From positions 288,001 through 352,000 of the forward strand of contig CAWBHS010000072.1 in NCBI GenBank assembly GCA_963788655.1: DNA of 64,000 bases. Direction: 5' to 3'. Positions 35,401 through 43,945 of the stretch are shown piece after piece; position 1 is the first letter of the stretch, and every line of letters starts with the position of its first letter. The position numbers and the translations under genes were made by a program. This DNA is from an uncultured Verrucomicrobiae bacterium. GTDB lineage: Bacteria > Verrucomicrobiota > Verrucomicrobiia > Limisphaerales > JAFGQR01. The notes under the pieces are model-generated. The model made no database searches. It worked only from the letters and a program-made list of their open reading frames with translations, and had not been told where the DNA came from.

Positions 35401-36068
35401 AGGCCGGTCTGGATTGGCCTGCGGATTGGGACAAGACCTGGCGTTGCATCAAACAGGTCTGGGCTTCGAAGTGGAATGACCGCGCGTTCCTCAGCCGCAA
35501 GAAACTCGGCATCTCGCACGACCAACTGTTCATGGCGGTGCTCATCCAGTCGGTGGTGCCGGCGGATTATGCGTTCGTGGTCCATACGGTGAATCCGTCC
35601 ACCGGCAACGCCAACGAACTCTTCGCCGAAATCGTGCTGGGCCTTGGCGAAACCCTGGTCGGCAATTATCCCGGACGCGCGTTGAGTTTTGTGGTGGACA
35701 AAACGTCCGGCGCGCAGACGTTGCTGTCGTATCCCGGCAAAAGTATTGGCCTCTACGGCAGTGGCTTGATTTTCCGTTCTGACTCCAACGGTGAAGATCT
35801 GGCGGGATTCGCCGGCGCCGGCCTCTACGAAAGCGTCTTGCTTCAACCACCCCGCGTCGTGGAATTGGATTACACCGAAGAGCCGCTGGTGTGGGACGAG
35901 CGTTTCCGCCAGGACCTGCTCCAGACGATTGCGAAGATCGGGTTGGAAGTCGAAAAAGCCTTTGGCGCGCCGCAGGACATTGAAGGCGCGGTAGCGCGAG
36001 GCAAATACTTCGTTGTGCAAACGCGGCCGCAGGTGGGACTGGAGTCAACGACCGGCAGCAAGGGCTAA
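32493..36068 (+). CDS. Alpha-glucan, water dikinase (GWD1-like) with two N-terminal CBM45-like modules
   Basis: Two LHWG...W..PP...QTPF modules; TLMHRFN, WLRFSAIRQLTWQRNYN.QPREL, GRGGDGQRVRDEIL, EEWHQKLHNNTTPDDVVICEAYL, phospho-His DIVSHVAVRARN, VWASKWNDRA, GLGETLVGNYPGRA, FRSDSNGEDLAGFAGAGLYES, QDIEG, VQTRPQ. Confidence 0.93.
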   Translation: MNMDSSSGKVATKESSETQTAAHNSRSKNTATITTQSGLDLQVETLARQGQLEVSLHAPAGKRCVLHWGVRRQMQQDWAAPPQSVWPPDTQPMGVTAVQTPFAKQNGQLGIDIRMDLAADYASLDFVIFFPDEKRWDNNGGRNYQVALTKSKPTTDPQAVLRARLGEEELLFERAFDLGNQAKLAVAVVRTEQQYRFEALTNLGGPLLLHWGIARRSPREWLLPPESMRNHVTTGFDDHAVQTPFETQEGFNALALAVAESDAPLGLNFVLKQNTPEGRWLKHRGGNFYVPIHQAATQAGGQGLGELAGLADEIIQAETGHNSWTLMHRFNLCYDLLDRVQHSVEGQALLYVWLRFSAIRQLTWQRNYNTQPRELAHAQDRLTQKLANVFRSEPETRPLVRLALATVGRGGDGQRVRDEILHIMHRHNIKEVTGHFLEEWHQKLHNNTTPDDVVICEAYLEFLYSNGNRDRFYQTLENGGVTKQRLESFERPIRTEPQFAGHLKDALIPDFQNFLRVLKSVHSGTDFETAVNAARGQLDGDLQGLLHYLGEHRNDPPEGVVNLVNQITDARRRLSNRLNQDGGLRELLYLDLALEQLLRVSVERHVHLRFNGDQLVDLIARALENVTLTYEDPELAACARHWERLQGLPRFNADWALHAKSVGDRIARALTTWIDRFYQLLQPKAEYLGAGFQAEPWTITLFSEEVVRGSSLGFVVSMLLHRLDPLLRKAANIGAWRIISRGGGGGQIEVVDKLGSIQNQRFDKPTVVVTDKVMGDEELPDGVTAVIAPDVTDIVSHVAVRARNSNVLFASCHDPEMLAHLKSLRGHHVHLTVNPAGDVIVQETEADAPAAAIESVQERISLTPRQFTKYAITHEEFREELVGGKSCHQAELRGKLSDWIHLPASAAIPFGVFEKVLGLPANQELARRCQELTRQAETGNTEALADLRRTVLQLTAPDELPDTLRQGMTKAGLDWPADWDKTWRCIKQVWASKWNDRAFLSRKKLGISHDQLFMAVLIQSVVPADYAFVVHTVNPSTGNANELFAEIVLGLGETLVGNYPGRALSFVVDKTSGAQTLLSYPGKSIGLYGSGLIFRSDSNGEDLAGFAGAGLYESVLLQPPRVVELDYTEEPLVWDERFRQDLLQTIAKIGLEVEKAFGAPQDIEGAVARGKYFVVQTRPQVGLESTTGSKG

Positions 36069-36140
36069 GGCTTCAGGTGATGAAACGGACAGTTGCAACT
36101 CAGTCTTTCGGCGTGGCACACGTTGCGCCCAGGCTGGGTT

Positions 36141-36353
36141 GTCGAACGCGTTGTTCCCCCTCACCCCAGCCCTCTCCCTTGGGGAGAGGGAGCCCGTTTG
36201 GCCCGCCTCGAAAACAACGAATGGCACTCCGACCGTCGATGCCGCTTCGCGCGAAAGTCGAATGGGCGGTCAATGCCACGGACCAGCTCGAATCAAAGAG
36301 CAGTGCCTTCGGCTGTTCCCTCTCCCTGGGGAGAGGGTCAGGGTGAGGGGAAG
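36141..36353. repeat. CCCTCACCCC/GGGAGAGGG REPIN, copy 2
   Basis: Same arms and shared spacer words (ATGGCACTC, AAAGTCGAA.GGGCGGTCAATGCCACGG, GGCTGTTCCCTCTCCCTG) as 32181-32395. Confidence 0.85.
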
Positions 36354-36380
36354 CACAACAACTAAACTCCCCGCATTTTC

Positions 36381-39300
36381 ATGATCCCCATCGGCAACCA
36401 GACTTCATTCTCCGCGGCCACGCCCACCGTGCCGTTTGATTACGCCCGCGCCAATGACTTTGATGCGTTTGAATGGTTTCCCGACAAGAAACCCGACGGC
36501 GCCGGTTGGGACGAAAGCGACTTGGATGAATCGCGGCGCCGGCACCTGGCCGAACTGGCGCGGGCGCAAAACATGCGCGTGTCCGTTCACGCCCGTTGGC
36601 AAGCCGATCCGCTGCGACCTGGTGCCCAACCGCTACTACTGAGGGATCTTGGACTGGCCCGCGATTTGGGCGCCGTGCTGGTCAATATTCACTTCAACCA
36701 CGAGCAAGGAGTCGAAGCATACGTTCAAGCGGTGATGCCGTTTGTTCGCCAAGTTGGTGAGGTGGGACTACAGCTTGCCATCGAGAATACCCCGCATCAT
36801 GCGCCGGAACAGTTTAACGAGTTGTTTGCGTGCTTGCAGGCGCTCGGCCGTGAAACCGTTCAGCACGTGGGAATGTGTTTTGATCTCGGCCACGCCAACC
36901 TGTGCGCGGCAACCCGTAACGATTATTTGCAGTTCCTCGACCGACTCGATCCGCGCGTGCCAATCATCCATTTGCATTTGCACGAGAATTGGGGTGATGC
37001 TGACAGCCATTTGCCGCTGTTCACCGGTCCCGCGGGGCGGAATGATGCAGGCATTCGCGGCCTGCTGGAACGGTTGCGTCAGCGTCAATATGCCGGCTCG
37101 ATCATCCTCGAACAATGGCCCCAGCCGCCTTCGCTGCTGAACCACGCGCGCGACCGGTTGCTTGACTTGCTTAATTCCTGTAGCAACGGGCGTGAGTCCG
37201 CTCATACTTCTCGTGCATCTGACGTAGCGGCGTCTCGTGAGAGCGCCGCTGACTTGAGCGAAACAAATTTGCAGCGCTCTCACGAGACGCCGCTACGCTC
37301 AGAGGTGGACGATTTCCAGGGCAAACTGGTCGCCGCTGATCAACAGCGCCGCAGTTGGCGGGAGAAGCTGGATTTCGTGCAGGGCCTGTTCACGGACGAC
37401 GCGACACCGCTCACGTCGGAGCAATTGGTCGATATTGCCATCTACCTTCGTTTCCTGGGCACCGGTGAGATCGTATGCGTCGAGGACGGACGGCACTTCC
37501 GTCCGGCCCACCATGCGCGCATGGCCCTGGAGATTCAGCGACGGTTGGCCGAACTGACCACGCCCGACACGGCGTTTATCGCGCGCAAGATTTATCCCTG
37601 GTTGCCCTCCTCGGCCCGGAGCTTTCAGCGCGCTGAGCCACTGACGCGGATTCGCGACATCGCGCATCGCAACGACATTCCCCAGGACCTGAAACGCGAA
37701 ATCAAGCACACCCTCCAAAACAAGCTGCATCGCTGTGCGGGGCCCGAAGACCTGGTGACCTCCACGAAACTGTTGGAACGAATCACCGCGCCGGCGGCCG
37801 ATTACGCGTCGGACTTTGTCGAGCAATTCAAAATTTTCCATGAAGAACTGAAAGAGTTTTTCAACGCCCAATCCTTGGACGAACGGCTGGATGCGCTGTT
37901 GCCCCACGTCGGCGCCAAGGAAACCGAATTGATCCAGCGGTTTCACAAACAGAAAACCAGCACAGCCCAGCCGGCGCTACGGGACGCCTTCAAGTCGCTG
38001 ACCGAATTGCGCTACTGTTTCCTGGAGGGCGCCGCCAAGTGCAAGCCGGAAGAAAAGCAGGAGTTCCTGCTGGCGGACATTGGGCTCGAAGATTTTGCCT
38101 TCGTCCTGTTGAGCAAAATCTTCAATGTCTTCGACGTTGCCAGGACCAAGGCCAAATGGGAACCGCTGCTGGAAACGCTGCGGTTGACCATCACCAACCT
38201 CGCCCTGAGCCGCGTCCAGCCTGAGGAATGCGACGCGCTGGGAGCCGAACTGCGGACTTGGAGCGCTGAACTGAATCCAAAAGACCGCGAACAACTGTTA
38301 CGTTTGAAAGCCACTGCGGACCGTTGTCGGCGTCTGGCGGAAGCTTACAGCGACCGGATTGCCGCGCTGTTCTTTCGGCGGGCCCGGGATCTGGGTCGCG
38401 CGCTGGAGGTGCCCGCGCATGCCATCCAGGTGTACTGCGACTCCGAAATCCGCGGCCATATCGTTTTCCAACTGGCGAAGCTGGTTTCCAGTCTCTTGCG
38501 TCGCGTCCGCGAGCAACTCGAATTGCCCGCCTGGGATGTGCTGGTTGCTGGGCAGGCGAGGGGCCGGTTGCGGATCACCAACCTGCTGGACGATGTGGGC
38601 CAGGATTTGCGCGAGCCCACCGTGGTGATTTTGAGTAACGCGGAAGGCGATGAAGAAATCCCGCAAAGCGTCACCGGCATTGTGCTGGGACACGGTATTC
38701 CGCATTTGTCGCATCTCGGAGTGCGCGCCCGTCAGGCCGGGGTGGTGCTGGTCACTTGCGAGGAGCCGGAAACGTTCAAGCAACTGGAGTGCTTCGATGG
38801 CCAATCGGTCTTGCTGTCGGCGACTCCCGAAAACGTAGAATGCACACCGGCCAAAAGCTCCGCCGCTACGACAAGCAGGGCTCCGGGCAGACCAGTGCTA
38901 GTTCCCGAAGTGCGCCTCGATCCCAAACGGCCTTGGCTGCCCCTGGAACAGGTCACTCCGGAATCCGGCGGGGGCAAAGCAAACGGCGCCCGGCGTTTGG
39001 CCGAATTGGCCCGCCGGAATGATGCCGGATTCAACACTCCCACCGGCGGCGTGATTCCTTTTGGCGTCATGGAAGCGGCGTTGCGCGCCAGGCCAGAGGT
39101 GGAAGCGGAATATGGCAAGCTACTCCAACAGGCCACCGGGAAGTCGGCTGACACGTTGACCGCGACAGCGGAACGGTTGCGCAGTTTGATCCAGCAGTTC
39201 GAGGTGCCCGAAGCGATTGCCAAAGCGATTGCCCAGACATTCAAGCCAGACGCCCGACTCATCGTCCGATCGAGCGCCAATTGCGAGGACTTGCCGGAAA

Positions 39301-39903
39301 TGGCCGGCGCCGGCCTCTATGAATCCGTCGCGAATGTGGCGCCCGCGGACGTAGCTGACGCCGTGCGGACGGTGTGGGCGTCGCTCTGGACCCGACGGGC
39401 CGCCTTAAGCCGTCAGCAAGCCGGTATTCCGCACGAACAGGCGCATATCGCAGTGCTCATCCAGGAGTTGCTCACGCCGGACTGCTCGTTTGTCCTGCAC
39501 ACCGTCAATCCGATCAATCACGACGCCGATGAAGTCTATGCCGAACTGGCGATTGGGCTGGGAGAAACACTCGCGTCGGCGGCTATTCGCGGCAATCCGT
39601 ATCGATTGATTTGCCCCAAAAGCTCCAAGGCAGTCACCACACTGGCCTTCGCGAACTTCAGCGAGTCGCTCTGGCCTGATCCCGCCGGCGGTCTGCAACG
39701 CAAAACGGTGGACTATTCGCGCGTCGAGTTGTCGCGAAACGCCGAAGCTCGCCAGCAACTCGGAAGACGCCTGGCGGCCATTGGCCGGTTGGTCGAAGCA
39801 GAATTGAAATCCCCCCAGGACATCGAAGGCGCGGTAGTTGGCGGCAGACATTTACCTCGTGCAAGCACGTCCACAACAGGGGCTGGGTAGCTATGAGCGC
39901 TAA
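36381..39903 (+). CDS. Phosphoglucan, water dikinase (PWD/GWD3-like) fused to an N-terminal xylose-isomerase/AP-endonuclease-2-like TIM barrel; frameshift near 39845
   Basis: TIM motifs IENTP, CFDLGHA, HLHLHEN, DSHLP, ILEQW. PWD motifs SWREKL, EDGRHFRPAHHA, PLTRIRDIAHRNDIPQDLKREIKHTLQNKLHRCAGPEDL, phospho-His PHLSHLGVRARQ, VRSSANCEDL..AGAGLYES, GLGETLAS, QDIEG. The alternative frame gives DIYLVQARPQ...* ending at 39903. Confidence 0.92.
37223..37297. repeat. GTAG-type REP doublet inside the PWD coding sequence
   Basis: Perfect 24-bp inverted repeat CGTAGCGGCGTCTCGTGAGAGCGC (37223-37246) / GCGCTCTCACGAGACGCCGCTACG (37274-37297). Confidence 0.85.
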
Positions 39904-39937
39904 CTCAGGCATGTTACCTATGGATACAGAAGGCGAT

Positions 39938-40054
39938 GTCGGACCGGCGTCCCGCGTGTCTCGAATTTCCCAACGACGCTCGACGTATCGCGGAACTGGC
40001 TGCAACGGTTGGGAGCCGCTGGTCATTCGGGACAGCCGGGACGGCTGTCCTACG
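39938..40054. repeat. GTAGGACAG-family REP doublet, copy 2
   Basis: GTCGGACCGGCGTCCCGCGTGTCTCG ... GGGACAGCCGGGACGGCTGTCCTACG; inverted relative to 6417-6534 and shares spacer sequence with it. Confidence 0.8.
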
Positions 40055-40088
40055 GGCGTGTTCGCTCATTTGGATTTCCAATAGATTC

Positions 40089-41273
40089 ATGCGCCCCTCG
40101 CTTCCCCAGCATCCGCCAACCCTCGGGTTGTTCGAGAAACGGATCGACGGTGACGATTGCCTGATGGATTTGGCCCGGCTGCGTTTTCAGCAGGCTGGTA
40201 TGGGCACGGAAATGCACGCCGGCACACCCGCAGAATTGGATTGGGTCATGCAATGGCGTCCCTCGCCAGCGACACCTGTCGTGGTTCACTTGCCGCGGCA
40301 CTTCGATCTGACCGACGAGCACACGCGAGCCCAAGTTCAGGGAATGGCTGCTTACTCTGCCGGCCGGATTCATGGATTCGTGCTGCACGACGGCGCCGAT
40401 ATGGCGGTGCGCGCCGCAGACTATCACCGCGCGGCTCAGGAAATGGAATCGCGACTGGCGCGCATCCAGCAATGCCCGCTGCTGTTCATCGAATACGCGG
40501 CGGGCTTGGAACCGGATCTTTTCGCCGGTTTCTTTTCCTCCATCCGCAACTTGTCCCGTTTGAGCGCCTGCATCGACATCGGCCATGTAGGCATTCGGCA
40601 GGCGCGGAAAGCGTTTGCGCAGGTGCATCCCGGCGAAGATGTATGCGCGCTGAAGTCCAATCCTTCCCGCCTGCCGCAACTCATGCCGGACGTGGAAGCC
40701 GCAGTGCGAACGGCTTTACCAACCGTGCTGCACCTGATCGAAACGCTCGGTGCGCTGGGTAAACCGATTCACTTCCATTTGCACGATGGCCACCCACTTT
40801 CCACCTTCAGCCCGTTCGGCGTCTCGGATCACTTGAGCTTTTTCCAGGAGATGCCGCTGCCCTTCGATTGCCATGACCAGCAATCGTCGCCGTTGATGTT
40901 TGGTCCGAACGGCCTTTCCCGAATTGTCGCCAAAGCGATGGAGGCCATCGGTCGCGAACGGGTTTCGTTCACATTGGAAATTCATCCGACCTTCGAACGC
41001 CTGGCGTTGGGCGACGCGGCCAACCTCTTTGAGCATTGGCGTGACCGGACCAACGCCGAGATGATGAACCACTGGCTCGCGGTGCTCAGTCGAAACCATG
41101 AACTACTGCTGGCGGCAATCAGCAAGCGGGCGGCCGATGCGTTGGTGGCGCACTTGATACCTCGCCCGACGCCGTTGGTTTTGAACTCGCCCAGGCGACA
41201 GATAATGGCTCCGGTGATTCCTTGCGGATTCGCAACAATTTTGGAATCGCGTGCGATCAGTCCGCCGTTCTGA
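40089..41273 (+). CDS. Xylose-isomerase/AP-endonuclease-2-like TIM-barrel metalloprotein
   Basis: VVHLP, VLHD, FIEY, CIDIGH, HFHLHDGH, SDHLSF, FTLEIH. Start placed at ATG 40089, after the REP. Confidence 0.75.
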   Translation: MRPSLPQHPPTLGLFEKRIDGDDCLMDLARLRFQQAGMGTEMHAGTPAELDWVMQWRPSPATPVVVHLPRHFDLTDEHTRAQVQGMAAYSAGRIHGFVLHDGADMAVRAADYHRAAQEMESRLARIQQCPLLFIEYAAGLEPDLFAGFFSSIRNLSRLSACIDIGHVGIRQARKAFAQVHPGEDVCALKSNPSRLPQLMPDVEAAVRTALPTVLHLIETLGALGKPIHFHLHDGHPLSTFSPFGVSDHLSFFQEMPLPFDCHDQQSSPLMFGPNGLSRIVAKAMEAIGRERVSFTLEIHPTFERLALGDAANLFEHWRDRTNAEMMNHWLAVLSRNHELLLAAISKRAADALVAHLIPRPTPLVLNSPRRQIMAPVIPCGFATILESRAISPPF

Positions 41274-41318
41274 AGAGAATTGCTGAGCTCGGCTGTCGTC
41301 TATTGATTCGCCGATTCT

Positions 41319-43374
41319 TCACTTGGTTTTTGACTTCTTTCCGGTCTGCTTTTCTTTCGCACTGGAGACTGATACGGGCACCGTCGTGGTCGAGCTGTTT
41401 CCGGAGGCGTCAGTGCAGCGGACGGTCAGGGTGTAAACGCGATCCGCGCTTTTGCTGCTCTCCGCGCGCAGATTGGCTGTGAGCGGGCCCGTGAGCTCCC
41501 AGTCAGGACTGGTGTTGTCGCCCTTGCCAGTAGCCGGTTCACTGCTGTTGATGGCAATGAGCTCGACTGCCAGCGTCGGATCGCAATTGTCCGATACGGC
41601 GACGTTCAAGGTGACCGCCACCATCTTCTTATTGGCAGGCCACAAAGTGGGCTGATCGACGGTTACGCTGGCGATGACCGGAGCAGTGACATCTTTCACT
41701 GAGAGCGTCATCGTGCATACGCTGCGATTGCCGGCAGCATCCGTGACGGCCAGTTCGACCGGATAATCTCCCGAGACCCACCAACGTTCCGGCGACTGGA
41801 CTTTGGCTGAACACCAATGATTCCGCCGGGGTGCAGCCATCGGTCGCAGTTGCGAGCGAAATCAAATCAGGAATGGTTGCCTGGCAAGCATCATTCGCCG
41901 GCAGTTCCGAAGTAGTGGGGCAAACGATCTGCGGGGGCGTGGTGTCCACAACGGTGACCGTTACCGTATCCTCGGACGATTCACCCGCCGGGTCGGTGAC
42001 TTTCAACGTAAAGGTGTTAATGCCATTGCCCACCACCACGGGAATCGCGACCTCGGTTCCCAGCAAGTGGCCGTCGCAATACCATTCATAAGTCAGCGCA
42101 TCGCCGTCCGGATCCTGCGACGCGGCGCCATCGAGCCTTACCGTTGTGCCCGCGCCGGCGCATTCGACCTGTTGATCGGGGCCCGCATCGGCGACGGGAG
42201 GATTGTTGGCTGGGGCCCGATTCAAGGAGAGCAGAAACCATTCAGCGGAGCGGTTGATCACGCCATAGCCCAAGATGTGGCCGCCATCACTGATGTTGTA
42301 GGCGGCGAGCAGTTCCCATCCGGAGCCGGGAGGCAAGAGCGTGTTGAGGTCCACCATGGTCCCGTTTTCCCAGAGAAAGGCGTGACCGGCACCAGTGGCA
42401 TCTGCCGATTCACCGACCACCTGGCCGGATTGATTCATGTCATAGACACTGCTGTAAGATCCACCAAGAGTTTCCAAATCCGTCAGGGCCCCGTCCGCGT
42501 AAATGAAACCGTGCCAGCCCCGGGACGCTGTAAGCGAATCTCCGCTGACCTGCCCTTTTCGATTGATCGCCACCGGGCTGGTGTAGCCTCCGCCCAAGGT
42601 CCCCAAGTCGTGCAAGTTACTGCCATCGTAGAGAAAACCGTGCGTTTCCCGATTCTCTGCCGTGTTCGCAAAACCGGTGATCCAACCGTCGTCATTGATA
42701 TCCACCGCCGAACTATAAGTGCCGCCCAGCGTGCCCAGGTCGGTCATGGAACCATCCCGCCACAGAAACGCGTGCGTCTCCTGGTTGTCGGTTGTGGTGG
42801 ATTCCCCCACCACCCAACCGCGGCCGTTCAGTCCGTAGCACGAACTGTAGGCCCCGCCCAAGGTTCCCAAATCGATCATGCTGTGGCCGTCATAGAGAAA
42901 AGCGTGCGTATCGTAGTTGTTGGCGATCACTGAATCACCGGCTACCCAACCGGCGTCGTTGATGGCCACGGCGGAACAGAACCACCCACCCAAACTGCCC
43001 AGACTTTCCATGCGACCATCGCGAAATAGGAACGCATAAGTGGCGGCGTCATTCGCCACGGCGGAATACCCGGCAACTTGTCCGCTCGCGTTGATGGCGA
43101 AGGCGGCGCTGTAGGAACCACCCAACGTGCCGAGGTCCATCGTCATCGCCTCGCTAAAAACGTAGGCGTGATCTTCGGCATTGCCCAAGGTCATGGAATC
43201 TCCGGCCACCACCCCTTGCGCGTTCACCGCGTAGGCCGTGGCATAGCTGCCGCCCAAGGAGCCCACGCGGACGATGGTCGGCGTCTGGCTCTGAGCGCGA
43301 GTTTGAACAAGAAGAACGGCGAGAACTGCGATCCAAGTTCCCACCCCATACAACTGGTTGGCTTGGTGTTTCAT
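41319..43374 (-). CDS. Secreted protein with HAF-type extracellular repeats, PKD and HYR-like domains (frameshift near 41775)
   Basis: Signal peptide; repeated DLGTLGG.YS.A..IN..G.V.G.S......HAFL; NNPPVADAGPDQ; DTTPP; LWPANKKMV...RVYTLT..TDASGN. Confidence 0.88.
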
Positions 43375-43386
43375 GCCTTCGCCTTC

Positions 43387-43402
43387 AGCATCAGTTAAGC
43401 CA
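43387..43402 (-). promoter_or_regulatory. Putative sigma54 promoter, near-leaderless
   Basis: TGGCTTAACTGATGCT (GG-N10-GC); ATG 43374 follows 13 nt after the GC. Confidence 0.4.
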
Positions 43403-43662
43403 AAACGTTGCTGCGGCTAATCCGGCGCAGTATCAAGACTTCGCTGTCCCTTTGGCAACAACACGTGGCTCAGAATGGGTCAACTGAAGCGCACGATGAG
43501 ACACAGCGCGCCAGGGAAGGGGAGGCGTGAATGGGTAAAGGGCTGAAGAGTTGAAGCGGCCGATGAAGGGTGTAGTTGGCAAAATTGTTTTGAGGCGTGG
43601 AGGGCAACGCACGGCAACTTTCGGGCAACTCAAAACGTTATTGTGAGCTTACTGATGAGAGC

Positions 43663-43899
43663 TTGGGATGGACGACGCATGGTGACATTCAATCGGCTCG
43701 TTCTGCCTCATCCTAACCCTCTCCCCAAGGAGAGGGAACAGATGGAGGTGCCGCTACGGAAACCAAGGGACATCGTGTTTTCAGAAGTCCGGTCATCGAT
43801 TCTCCCTCTCCCTGGGGGAGAGGGCCGGGGTGAGGGGAAACAAAACCATCGGTTAATCCAAAGTGTATTCCATCCAGTCAACTGCACAGTACATCCCAA
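43663..43899. repeat. CCCTCACCCC-family REPIN, copy 3, inside possible MITE ends
   Basis: CCTCATCCTAACCCTCTCCCCAAGGAGAGGG ... CCCTCTCCCTGGGGGAGAGGGCCGGGGTGAGGGG, flanked by TTGGGATG.AC / GT.CATCCCAA. Confidence 0.7.
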
Positions 43900-43945
43900 T
43901 AATTGACAATTGCGAGTTCTGGCAGCAACCGGGTCATCCATCTGG

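Noticed and set aside
32493..39903. Annotation of the two large ORFs as PPDK or PEP synthase
   Set aside because: The nucleotide-binding domain is C-terminal and follows the phospho-His domain, there is no PEP/pyruvate-binding barrel after it, and GWD/PWD-specific motifs are present.
32493..39903. Eukaryotic contamination as the source of GWD/PWD
   Set aside because: No introns, composition like the neighbours, and REP families shared with the rest of the window flank the genes; read-level confirmation is still advisable.
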